From Candidatus Poribacteria bacterium (GTDB lineage Bacteria; Poribacteria; WGA-4E; PCPOR2b): DNA of 64,000 nt. Positions 46,667 to 55,394 of this stretch are shown piece by piece. Both the position numbers and the translations under genes were made by a program. The notes below the pieces were generated by a model. It worked only from the letters and a program-made list of their open reading frames with translations, ran no database searches and was not told the origin of the DNA. Location of the stretch: the NCBI GenBank assembly GCA_963665285.1, contig OY762266.1:2120059-2184058 (forward strand), written 5' to 3'. Every line of letters begins with the position of its first letter. The stretch's first letter is position 1.

Positions 46667-48007
46667 TTAGAACTGTTGGAACGCAGCCCGAACTTCGGAC
46701 ACCAATCTGTCGATATGTGCCTCCGTCATCGGGAGTGATATATTTCCACCGCTCGTCCAGTGAATCCCGTGGTTCAAGAGCCAGAAAAAGAGATAATCCT
46801 GCAATAGCTTGTCATCTTGAGCGGCTTCTCGATAGTTCCGTGGCGGACGGGGTAGAAAGTGGACGCGGAAAAGTGAGCCGATCACAGTGACTTGAGCTTC
46901 GACTCCTACCTCAGCAAACACACTTTCTAATTTTGCGCCCAACCGTTGCGCCAGCGCACCGATTTTGTCGTATGCCTCCGGTGTCATTGTTTGAAGTGTG
47001 ACGAGTCCGGCGACCGTGGCGATGGGATTTGCGTTGTAGGTTCCCGACTGAGGAATCTTTGCTCCGGATATGGGACTATACAATTCCATCACATCAGCGC
47101 GTCCACCGAAGGCAGCTCCCGCGGTTCCACCTGCAATGACTTTTGCCATGCACGTCAAATCAGGTCTCACGCCGTAAAATTCCTGTGCGCCGCCAGGGGA
47201 AGCCCTGAAACTGATAATCTCATCAAAAACTAGGAGCGCACCTATCTGTGTCGTAAGTTCTCTCAGGCGGGACAGGAAACCATCTACTGGGAGACACGTA
47301 CCCGCACCCGTTGCCAGCGGATCTACGATTACAGCTGCCAAATCATCCGCATTTTCGTTAATGATTTCTGCACAGGCATCTGCGTCGTTGAATGGCAGCA
47401 CCAACACCTCTTCGAGGACTGCTGGCGAAAGCCCTGCTGTCGAAGGAACTGACCGAGGACGGTCGGCGGGACCTAAGTCTGGTCCCAACGGGGGAACATA
47501 GCTAACTAGCGCGTATTCACCCACACCGTGATATGCCCCTTCAAATCTCGCAATTTTACGTTTGCCCGTGAAACCCCTAGCGACCCTCAATGCGTTGAGT
47601 ACCGCCTCAGTTCCAGAGCTACAGAAGCGAATTCGTTCCAAGGATGGCACCCGTTCCTGCAGCAACTCCGCCATTTCGACTTCAAGGGCTGTTGGTCGAG
47701 AAAACGCTGTTCCTTTAGTCACACGGTCCTGAAGTGCTTCAACAATCGCAGGGTGAGCGTGCCCCAGAATCAAAGCGGTGTTGTTGTTGACAAAGTCCAA
47801 TAAGCGATGACCATCTAAGTCATAGAAATAGACGCCTTCACCACGCTCTATATAAATTGGAAAGGGAGACATATACGCGCCAGTGCGGGTGTTACCCCCC
47901 GGCAGCGATGCCTTTGCCCGCTCAAACATCTCCCCTGAGCGTGGATTATTAGTCACATATTCCGTGATTAAGCTATCCAGCGAATTTTGTAATGCTTGCT
48001 TATCCAT
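46667..48007 (-). CDS. Class-III (GSA-aminomutase/acetylornithine-aminotransferase-like) PLP-dependent aminotransferase
   Basis: Aminotransferase class III fold. N-terminus LPGGNTRTGAYMSPFPIYIERGEGVYFYDLDGHRLLDF. PLP-lysine region. Confidence 0.85.
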   Translation of the reverse strand: MDKQALQNSLDSLITEYVTNNPRSGEMFERAKASLPGGNTRTGAYMSPFPIYIERGEGVYFYDLDGHRLLDFVNNNTALILGHAHPAIVEALQDRVTKGTAFSRPTALEVEMAELLQERVPSLERIRFCSSGTEAVLNALRVARGFTGKRKIARFEGAYHGVGEYALVSYVPPLGPDLGPADRPRSVPSTAGLSPAVLEEVLVLPFNDADACAEIINENADDLAAVIVDPLATGAGTCLPVDGFLSRLRELTTQIGALLVFDEIISFRASPGGAQEFYGVRPDLTCMAKVIAGGTAGAAFGGRADVMELYSPISGAKIPQSGTYNANPIATVAGLVTLQTMTPEAYDKIGALAQRLGAKLESVFAEVGVEAQVTVIGSLFRVHFLPRPPRNYREAAQDDKLLQDYLFFWLLNHGIHWTSGGNISLPMTEAHIDRLVSEVRAAFQQF

Positions 48008-48033
48008 ATTACCCCCTTATTTACTGCCGACTT

Positions 48034-48498
48034 TTATTCTGACTTAATTTCTATCTTTGGTGGTTGGAAAAATTCCATCGTGATTCCATCCGGATCTATC
48101 ATATAAATCGCCCAAGCACCTCTGTTTGCACCTGCCGTAATCTCGACAGGCGATGAACGGAACTTCACATCCGCAGCGCACAATTCTTCATACGCTGCCC
48201 GCAGGTCATCTACCAGAAATGCGATGTGTGAACTGCCCACATTTTTGGTGCGAACATCGGCGGAGACACCGCGTGGAACGACGTACTCAATCAACTCGAT
48301 GGCGTGGGTGGAGCCGGGAATGCTCAACATTGCCATTTTCGCAACACTATCAGGATAGCCTACAATATCGCGGAAGTACTGGTCGCGGTTTTCGCGCTGC
48401 CAAATCACCTCGCAGCCGAGCAATCCGACATAGAATTCAAGCGAGCGTTCAAGATTAGAAACGGTGTAACTGGTATGGTGCGCGCCGGTGATTTTCAT
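48034..48498 (-). CDS. VOC-family protein (glyoxalase/bleomycin-resistance/dioxygenase fold)
   Basis: Two beta-alpha-beta-beta-beta modules. MKITGAHHTSYTVSNLERSLEFYVGLLG is typical of the family. Confidence 0.8.
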   Translation of the reverse strand: MKITGAHHTSYTVSNLERSLEFYVGLLGCEVIWQRENRDQYFRDIVGYPDSVAKMAMLSIPGSTHAIELIEYVVPRGVSADVRTKNVGSSHIAFLVDDLRAAYEELCAADVKFRSSPVEITAGANRGAWAIYMIDPDGITMEFFQPPKIEIKSE

Positions 48499-48682
48499 GC
48501 CGCCTCCTCAAGGTTGCACGTCATTGGGGAACTGATGTATTTACTACCTCCGGGCATTCTACCAAAAATTCGATGTAGTGTCAATTAAGAATCTTGTTTC
48601 AGTCATCTGTAAATCGTGATATAATTGTACGCGGTACTATTGAATGCCGATAGCAGTAGTAACCTGTGGTGCGAGTTGGCTC

Positions 48683-48731
48683 GTTGATGAACCAATGTAC
48701 TAATGAACCAACCTACGCATCACGTTTCACT
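48683..48731. repeat. Intergenic repeat copy X3 (GATGAACCAATGTACTAATGAACCA followed by the reverse complement of the GTGAARCGTGATGC motif)
   Basis: Same motif pair as X1 and X2, in a different relative arrangement. It sits in the divergent region between the glyoxalase and the FtsX-like permease. Confidence 0.5.
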
Positions 48732-48823
48732 CTTCGATCAAGTGGTGAGTGTTAATCCTTACCTACTCAATTCCGTCTCAATGTATAAATGGGGATGACC
48801 TCAAAAAGATACAGGAGAATTGA

Positions 48824-50068
48824 ATGCAAATCATACAAAGTTTGTTCATTGGGTTGGCTGCTCTAAGACGGAATAAACTCAGATCGTTATTAACGATGCT
48901 CGGTATCATCATCGGTATTTCTGCGGTTGTCGGCATGGTCTCGATTGGCGATGGAGCAAAGTTTCTAGTCTTGGCGGAATTTGAACGGATGGGTGGATCT
49001 GATCTTATTATCTGTTTCCGTCCGCGCTGGATCCAAAAGGAGGATGGCGACTGGGAACAGAATAAAGCCCCTGTGTACCTCGAATATGAAGATATTGATG
49101 CAATTATGACAGCTTGTCCTTCGATAAAGAGTATCACGGGAGAGATTGATACGATGGCACGACCCATATCGTACAAAGGGGAGACGAAGCATTTCCGCTT
49201 TGAAGGGGTTACGCCGCTTTATCAGGAAGTACACAATTGGTATGTCCAATCTGGGCGTTTTGTCCAACAGGAGGATTTGGATCGGAACGAATCGGTCTGC
49301 GTGATTGGGGTTGAAGTTCAGCGAGATCTATTTGGCAAAACAGATCCAATCGGTCAAGAGTTAAAGATTGGCAGGCAGCGCTTTACCGTCATTGGGGTGA
49401 TGGAGGAGAAAGGCGACAGAATGGCGACGGAGGGTTGGGATAGAAAGTTGATTGTTCCGTTCACGACGATGTGGACCCGTTTCATCGGCGATCAGAAGCG
49501 GGGATTTGAATTATGGATGAAAGCGGAAAATTTTGAAAAAGTGGATCAGGCGCTGGCGGAAGTGATGATTACCCTGCGGCGCCGCCACGGTTCTGAAGAA
49601 CACTTCCAATTTTATACCGCAAAGGCGGTCTTGGAACAGGTCGGACAGGTCAGTCAGGTCCTCAAAATTCTGCTTGGCGGTGTGGCGAGCATCTCCTTAT
49701 TGGTCGGCGGCATCGGTATCATGAACATCATGCTCGTTTCTGTTACAGAACGTACACGGGAAATTGGGCTGCGCAAAGCCGTTGGTGCGCGACATCGAGA
49801 TATTCTGCAACAGTTTTTGATCGAATCCGTTGTTCTGAGCGTCTCTGGAGGGCTGATTGGGATTCTCATTAGCGGGTTCATCACTTTTGTGGTTGCATGG
49901 GGAGTCACAACGTTTCTCATCAAAGAGACAGAATGGCCCGCAGTAGTATCGCTATGGGCGGCGGCTGTTGCTTTCGGTTCTTCCGCGTTTATTGGTATAG
50001 TGTTTGGCATTCTTCCTGCGTATAAGGCGGCACGGTTGATGCCAACCGAAGCCTTGCGGCATGAATAA
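48824..50068 (+). CDS. MacB/FtsX-family ABC transporter permease (orphan, no adjacent ATPase)
   Basis: N-terminal TM, a large periplasmic MacB_PCD-like domain, and a C-terminal FtsX four-helix domain (LLVGGIGIMNIMLVSVTERTREIGLRKAVGA). Confidence 0.8.
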   Translation: MQIIQSLFIGLAALRRNKLRSLLTMLGIIIGISAVVGMVSIGDGAKFLVLAEFERMGGSDLIICFRPRWIQKEDGDWEQNKAPVYLEYEDIDAIMTACPSIKSITGEIDTMARPISYKGETKHFRFEGVTPLYQEVHNWYVQSGRFVQQEDLDRNESVCVIGVEVQRDLFGKTDPIGQELKIGRQRFTVIGVMEEKGDRMATEGWDRKLIVPFTTMWTRFIGDQKRGFELWMKAENFEKVDQALAEVMITLRRRHGSEEHFQFYTAKAVLEQVGQVSQVLKILLGGVASISLLVGGIGIMNIMLVSVTERTREIGLRKAVGARHRDILQQFLIESVVLSVSGGLIGILISGFITFVVAWGVTTFLIKETEWPAVVSLWAAAVAFGSSAFIGIVFGILPAYKAARLMPTEALRHE

Positions 50069-50153
50069 AGTTGCTATTGAGAAGAAACCACCATATAGGT
50101 GGAGGTAAGTTGACAAAAAATTAGAGAATGCAAGTTTGAAAGGAGGGATAGAT

Positions 50154-51248
50154 GTGATTAGATTATATGGCGAAGATTACCATCGCCTACAACTGCTTCG
50201 ACATGTCGGAGACATTTCCCAAATTGCCGGTGTGAAGCAGTATGAATTGGCGAGTGGATTGGAAAAGGGGGTGGCTGGCGTTGATTTTCGGACCGGTTCC
50301 GGGTTAAATTTTTCTGTCCTGCCGGACCGTGGATTGGACATCTCTTATGCGGAATACAACGGCATTCCATTGTGCTGGCGTTCCAGCACCGGCGATGTCG
50401 CACCGACCTATTATGAACCGGAGGGGAATGGCTGGCTGCGTGGATTCTTTGGTGGGTTACTAACCACCTGCGGCATGACGCACCTTGGCGAGCCGAACAC
50501 CGATGAGGAAGAGTCGCTAGGCTTGCACGGTCGTGTCTCTTATATCCCTGCCCAAAATGTATGGATCGATAGTCGTTGGGAAGGAGATCGGTATATTATG
50601 TGGGCTCAAGGCAAGGTGACAGAAACAACGGTTTACGGTGAAAACCTCAGTCGAACCCGTCGTATTTGGACAGAACTTGGCGCAACGAAACTCCATATCG
50701 AGGATATTGTTGAGAACCTTGGCTATCAGGACACACCGCACATGTACCTATTCCATATCAACCCCGGATTTCCAATCGTTGCTGAAGGTTCCGAGTTGAT
50801 TGCTCCTTCGGGGCAAGTAACCCCAATAGATGAACACTCAGCGGGAAAATTGAGCGGCCATACGCGGTGCGAAGCACCTACTGTCGATTTTCGTGAAGAG
50901 GTGTATTACCATGAGATGGAAGCGGATGAGGATAACCATATCTATGTTGCTCTGGTCAATCGGTCTTTCAACAATGGACAAGGGCTTGGACTGTACGTGA
51001 GATACCACAAAACGCAGCTTCCCAAATTCGTTCAGTGGAAAATGAATGGTGAGGGTCTCTATGTTATCGGCTTAGAACCGGCAAACTGCTGGGTTGATGG
51101 CAGATCAAAGGAGAGAGAACGAGGGACGCTGGAATTTCTGGAACCGGGTGGTCGCAGACATTATGAAGTTGAAATCGGTATTCTGACTTCTAACACAGAG
51201 ATTGAGAGGCTAGCAGAAAAGATTGAAGCGACAAAGAGGAATGGCTGA
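50154..51248 (+). CDS. DUF4432/aldose-1-epimerase-like (galactose-mutarotase fold) hypothetical protein
   Basis: Length and composition are consistent with the mutarotase-like family, but the assignment is tentative. AAGGAGG is 7 nt upstream of the in-frame GTG at 50154. The ORF-track TTG at 50136 lies inside the RBS. Confidence 0.45.
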   Translation: MIRLYGEDYHRLQLLRHVGDISQIAGVKQYELASGLEKGVAGVDFRTGSGLNFSVLPDRGLDISYAEYNGIPLCWRSSTGDVAPTYYEPEGNGWLRGFFGGLLTTCGMTHLGEPNTDEEESLGLHGRVSYIPAQNVWIDSRWEGDRYIMWAQGKVTETTVYGENLSRTRRIWTELGATKLHIEDIVENLGYQDTPHMYLFHINPGFPIVAEGSELIAPSGQVTPIDEHSAGKLSGHTRCEAPTVDFREEVYYHEMEADEDNHIYVALVNRSFNNGQGLGLYVRYHKTQLPKFVQWKMNGEGLYVIGLEPANCWVDGRSKERERGTLEFLEPGGRRHYEVEIGILTSNTEIERLAEKIEATKRNG

Positions 51249-51306
51249 TCTGGATCGACTGAAACCCCGACCCAGAAATCTTGGTCGGAGCCCCAACTAT
51301 GGTAAA

Positions 51307-51420
51307 TTTTAGAATTACTTATACACTGCCACTGCACAATCAACCCCCTAAATCCCCCTTATCAGGGGGACTTTGAAAACTTCGTGAAGATCGGAGTTAT
51401 TGGTAAATGCCTACTTATTT
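51307..51420. repeat. 114-nt intergenic repeat, copy A, containing the hairpin CCCCCT-TATC-AGGGGG
   Basis: About 85% identical to 62728-62841. Both copies lie immediately 3' of plus-strand genes. The loop differs (TATC versus TGTC) while the stem is preserved. Confidence 0.7.
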
Positions 51421-51651
51421 ATCTAGTTCACCATAAATCTTGTCAATCGAAGTAGTATGGGTTGTATTGGATAACGGCATGACAGTAATTCTTAAAGAAA
51501 TGCATCAAAATTTTCGCAATGTTGACCGAAACAGGTTGATATGCATTGATGAATTTACCGTGTAGAATTCTTGAGTCTATTGTAATACAGTATGATGCTA
51601 AAATCCGTTCTATATATCTACCATCTCACCTTTACAAAGGAGAAATAAATT

Positions 51652-53226
51652 ATGAAAATGCCCTGTCGTTTAACTGCCATAACGCTAATCTTGCTGACTA
51701 GCATCATGATATTGAGCTACAGCGGGAAAGAAACAGTGGCGGCACCCGATGTTGCTCCCGACAGCGTTTTGAATGTCATCCCCCAGGACACCGTTGGAGT
51801 CATTTACATACCCAGCTTACTGGGACTCAATGACGAAATTAACGCACTTATGGCAGGAATAATTCCTACAGATCCACCGCAAGAACTACCAGCTCAGATA
51901 CTAGCTGAGACCTTTGGTGCCGGTTTTGAGACGCTGGAAGAATTGGAAGAACTGGGTTTGGACATGCGGAGAAACTTCGCAGTGTTTCTCTCCGGTGTGA
52001 ATCCGCTGATGTATTCCGCTGCGGTTCACATTAAAGATGCGGAAAGCGTTAAACAGCTAATCGAAATGGAAGCGGAAGGCAGTAGTTCAGTTACCCATAA
52101 CGGTGTGACATATTATACTACGGGTGAAGAGGGGGCATTTGTTCTGATGGACGATGTGATGGTCTATTCAGGTTCAGCTGAGGTCTGTGAAAAGGTCATT
52201 GATACTCAGAAAAAAGCGATGCCATCGATTGTGGACAATACCGATTTTCAATCGCTCGAACTTGATACCACGTCCGGCGCAAATGATTTGGTTGCTTATT
52301 TTGCAATGGAGACTATCGTGGATGCCCTCCGTCCCACGCTGACTGAAAAAGCGGAAGAGTTAAAGGCAGAGATGAAGGCAAGCGCAGAAACCGCCCCAGA
52401 GCTCAGTGTCGGTTTAGGGCAGGCTGAAGGCGTAATTGACGGCGGTATATGGCTGTTGGATCAGTCAAAAACGTTAAGCCTCACCGTGCAACTTAAGGGC
52501 AGCGACCTACAAATTTCGCCGTTCCTCAAATTCAAAGGGGATAGCGAAATCCAAACATATATTAGTCAAATGCCGAGGGAACTGACACACCTCAAACACC
52601 TGCCCCAAACTGCGTTTCTCAATGGTGAAATGCAGTTTGAAGCGGAGAGGTTCATTGGACTAACAAAGGCAATGATGCAGTTATTTATCCCTTCGAGTTC
52701 AAACGCGGATACAGCGAAGATTGAAGAAGCAACCGAGGCACTTGTTGAAGCCGCAAAGGGTTTCTACGCAGGTTTGGGAGATAAGTTCGCTTTTTCCTTC
52801 AATTTTGGTGCTAGCCTGATGCCTGACATTTTGTACATCTACGACGTGACAGACGAAGAGCAGGTTAAAGCCTACATGGAGCAAGATTTCATCGAATATT
52901 TAGGAGTATCCATGGGATTGATGCAAGCGATGGGAGCTACTGAGGACCTCGCTGGTATGTACAGTGATGTGTCTGCAGGTCCCGCGGAAATATACAACGG
53001 TGTGGAGATTAAAAGTTATATTCTGCCAAATATCGACGCCATTTTCGCTGAACTTCCGCCCGGAATGGAAGTTGTTGCCCCAGAGCAGTGGAATATTTAC
53101 TATGCTATCAACGGTGGAAAAATGCTCTACGCAATGGCAGGTAACGCGCAACCGGTCAAAAACGCCCTAGACCGAATGGCAGGTATGGGGATAGGCTTTG
53201 ATCAGGGGCAGGCTACGCCAAGCTGA
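51652..53226 (+). CDS. Secreted hypothetical protein (signal peptide); probably continues to 53495 through a frameshift
   Basis: The signal peptide MKMPCRLTAITLILLTSIMILSYSG is followed by a 500-aa domain with no recognisable family. AAGGAGAAATAAATT lies upstream of the ATG. Confidence 0.6.
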   Translation: MKMPCRLTAITLILLTSIMILSYSGKETVAAPDVAPDSVLNVIPQDTVGVIYIPSLLGLNDEINALMAGIIPTDPPQELPAQILAETFGAGFETLEELEELGLDMRRNFAVFLSGVNPLMYSAAVHIKDAESVKQLIEMEAEGSSSVTHNGVTYYTTGEEGAFVLMDDVMVYSGSAEVCEKVIDTQKKAMPSIVDNTDFQSLELDTTSGANDLVAYFAMETIVDALRPTLTEKAEELKAEMKASAETAPELSVGLGQAEGVIDGGIWLLDQSKTLSLTVQLKGSDLQISPFLKFKGDSEIQTYISQMPRELTHLKHLPQTAFLNGEMQFEAERFIGLTKAMMQLFIPSSSNADTAKIEEATEALVEAAKGFYAGLGDKFAFSFNFGASLMPDILYIYDVTDEEQVKAYMEQDFIEYLGVSMGLMQAMGATEDLAGMYSDVSAGPAEIYNGVEIKSYILPNIDAIFAELPPGMEVVAPEQWNIYYAINGGKMLYAMAGNAQPVKNALDRMAGMGIGFDQGQATPS

Positions 53227-53495
53227 CCGGCGCATTGACCCTGAAAAACAACATGTTCATTGCGCTTTCACCTCTTACTGCGGTCAAGAACCTCGTACAG
53301 ATCTTTGCTCAAGCGGATCCGAACATCGGCATGGTCCAGATGTTTTTGGTGAACATACCCGAAACCTACAGCATCGGCATTGCCAGCAAAAATCGAGATC
53401 AAGGGGTTGCAGGAGAGCTATTTATCTCGATCGGCGATTTCAAGGAAATCATCCTTATGCTCATCAGTCTGCAACAAATGGAGGGAATGCAGTGA
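53202..53495 (+). pseudogene. Probable frameshifted C-terminal extension of the preceding secreted protein (shift at GGGG, 53205-53208)
   Basis: The +2 frame is open from 53202 and encodes protein-like sequence (…KLTGALTLKNNMFIALSPLTAVKNLVQIFAQADPNIGMVQMF…). The competing frame is Arg-rich junk. Confidence 0.35.
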
Positions 53496-53560
53496 TTCGA
53501 CGGTAGGTTTCATTGCGGAATCACCGAGCGGTGCTGTAGCGGTAGGAAGGAAAAAGTGAG

Positions 53561-53601
53561 AGAACGGAAGGTCTCGGTTCATTGATTCGACACCTTCCGT
53601 T
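53561..53601 (-). terminator. Hairpin terminator downstream of the candidate selenoprotein gene
   Basis: GAACGGAAGGT ... ACCTTCCGTTC is an 11-bp stem. On the minus strand it is followed by TCTCACTTTTT. Confidence 0.4.
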
Positions 53602-53623
53602 CACGCTGCAACCGTAGGAATTG

Positions 53624-54008
53624 ACTAATTTGTTGCGGTTTTCGCGCTGAAACCCGCTTTTCCGATAGCATCGGTCAATTGGTCAGCGTTGGCTTTGCCT
53701 TTTTCAAGTTTAACGATGGCTTTACCATCTGCTTGAGTAACATCGGCACTGATCACGCCAGGAACGTTTGTAAGTGCGGCCCGCACTTTGGATACACAGC
53801 CACCTCACGTCATTCCATCAACGTTTAATGTGATTTGTTCGTGAGCCGCCGGTGCTGCTTCAGACATATCCGTGCTTGCAGCGGTTTCGGCTTCTGTAGC
53901 TGCGGGGGCTGCTGTCTCAGCTGCCTTTTCCATCTTCTTCTCTGAAGCACATCCGATAGCAAGCAAAATTGCGACGCAGCAAATTAGTGTCAGTTTTAGT
54001 ATGCGCAT
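53624..54008 (-). CDS. Candidate selenoprotein: lipoprotein/periplasmic heavy-metal-associated (HMA, MerP/CopZ-like) domain protein with an in-frame UGA (Sec) replacing the first Cys of GMTCxxC
   Basis: The 67-aa ORF (signal/lipobox LLAIGC, Ala/Glu/Thr-rich linker, ...ITLNVDGMT) stops at TGA (53805-53807). The same frame continues as GGCVSKVRAALTNVPGVISADVTQADGKAIVKLEKGKANADQLTDAIGKAGFSAKTATN to TAG at 53624. Read through, this gives a complete beta-alpha-beta-beta-alpha-beta HMA domain reading GMT-U-GGC. A 7-bp stem hairpin AAGTGCG-GGC-CGCACTT lies 16 nt 3' of the UGA. AAGGAGG lies upstream of the ATG at 54008. Confidence 0.55.
53772..53788 (-). promoter_or_regulatory. SECIS-like stem-loop 16 nt downstream of the in-frame UGA
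   Basis: On the minus strand: AAGTGCG GGC CGCACTT, a 7-bp stem with a GGC apical loop (G in the first loop positions). It begins 16 nt after the UGA, consistent with bacterial SECIS geometry. Confidence 0.45.
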
Positions 54009-54317
54009 TTGGGTTACACCTCCTTTGGGCTTATAATTAAGTGCCTATTTATTGTATGCGACGATGTCACTTTTGTCAAATAGAATCCAACCCTGAAGTT
54101 GTCAATAAATGGCAATGTGTAACTTGAGTTACTAGGCTCTGCTGACATCTGATAGATTAAATCGATCTGGATGCACCTCTGATAAGATTGGGATGCAGAG
54201 CAGCTTGAGGCGATTTGGGACAACCGCCGGCTATTTGGTAGGTAGCGCGATAATTGCAGCGTTTCCCAAATCCACACAACGAAATGTCAACACCCGAATT
54301 AAAGAAAGAGCCTAACC

Positions 54318-55355
54318 ATGAGAATAGACGTAAATTGGGTGAGAACGGTTTATAATAACGGCAGGGGATGGCATGTCGGAAATATGGTGCAGTGGAAAGG
54401 GGTATACTACATCTGTTTCGTTGATGGGACCGGTCACGGAACCGAGGACTCCCAAATCAGGGTATGTGCCTCCACCGACTTAGTGAATTGGACCTCCCAG
54501 ATTGCTATTGGGAGAAAGACAATAGACCCGAACCTGCTGCCCGTTGGTGACAAACTACTGTTGTATGGGGTGAAGGAAAGTACAGGCGATTCTGAGTTTG
54601 GTTTTCCATCTCAGCAGGTAGTGACGTGGACGACGGACGGAACGACTTGGGTGCCACCGAAGAGATGCTTTCTGAAGGATCGCGATTTTTGGCATCCCAT
54701 CGAATTTGATGGTCGCTATTACGTGGCATGTGATACGGTTGGACATGCGCCGCTCGGCATCCACAATTCGGTTGATCTGCTTACTTCGGCTGATGGCGAA
54801 CGATGGGAGTGGGTCACGGAGATTGTCCACGGGTCGGAGGAACCAGCCTATTACGATACGACAGGTATTCACTTTGGTACACCGGCGCCCAGCGAAACCT
54901 CCCTCTGTTTCTTTGACGATGGTCGCCTGTTAGCGGTCACACGAGCGCGGGGACATTGTGCGTTGCTCTCCACCTCGGAACCACCTTATGATCAGTGGGA
55001 CCGCTACCTTTCCCGCGAATCCCGCTGCTACGGTTCAGCCATCGCTAGGGTCGGTGAGCATGTTATCGTCACGGGTAGAAGTTTTGCCAATGAAGGTGTT
55101 CGCGCCACAGAGAACCGGTTCAACGATAAGTTCAGCGACCACGACCAGAGCCAACTCAGAACCGGGGTCTTCCTATACGAAGATGGTGATATCCGTCTGC
55201 ATGCAGTCCTGCCTAGTGGCGGAGACACCGGCTACGGCGGTATTCTTCCCATCAGAGACAACCAAGTGCTTATCGCGTACTATTCGTCCCACGAATACGC
55301 ACCGGGCGATAAGCACGGTTCCAATGTTTACCTAGCCTCCATATCGCTGACGTGA
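54318..55355 (+). CDS. BNR/Asp-box repeat beta-propeller protein (sialidase/glycoside-hydrolase-like)
   Basis: Asp-box-like motifs (TTDGTTW, SADGERW) and a propeller-like repeat pattern. No signal peptide. Function is tentative. Confidence 0.45.
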   Translation: MRIDVNWVRTVYNNGRGWHVGNMVQWKGVYYICFVDGTGHGTEDSQIRVCASTDLVNWTSQIAIGRKTIDPNLLPVGDKLLLYGVKESTGDSEFGFPSQQVVTWTTDGTTWVPPKRCFLKDRDFWHPIEFDGRYYVACDTVGHAPLGIHNSVDLLTSADGERWEWVTEIVHGSEEPAYYDTTGIHFGTPAPSETSLCFFDDGRLLAVTRARGHCALLSTSEPPYDQWDRYLSRESRCYGSAIARVGEHVIVTGRSFANEGVRATENRFNDKFSDHDQSQLRTGVFLYEDGDIRLHAVLPSGGDTGYGGILPIRDNQVLIAYYSSHEYAPGDKHGSNVYLASISLT

Positions 55356-55394
55356 GTCGCTTCAATATACAACAGGGGACGACCAGAATTCCCG

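Noticed and set aside
53198-53506. 102-aa Arg-rich ORF overlapping the end of the secreted protein
   Set aside because: Its composition (R/H/C-rich) is typical of an out-of-frame translation. The alternative frame gives a sensible protein.
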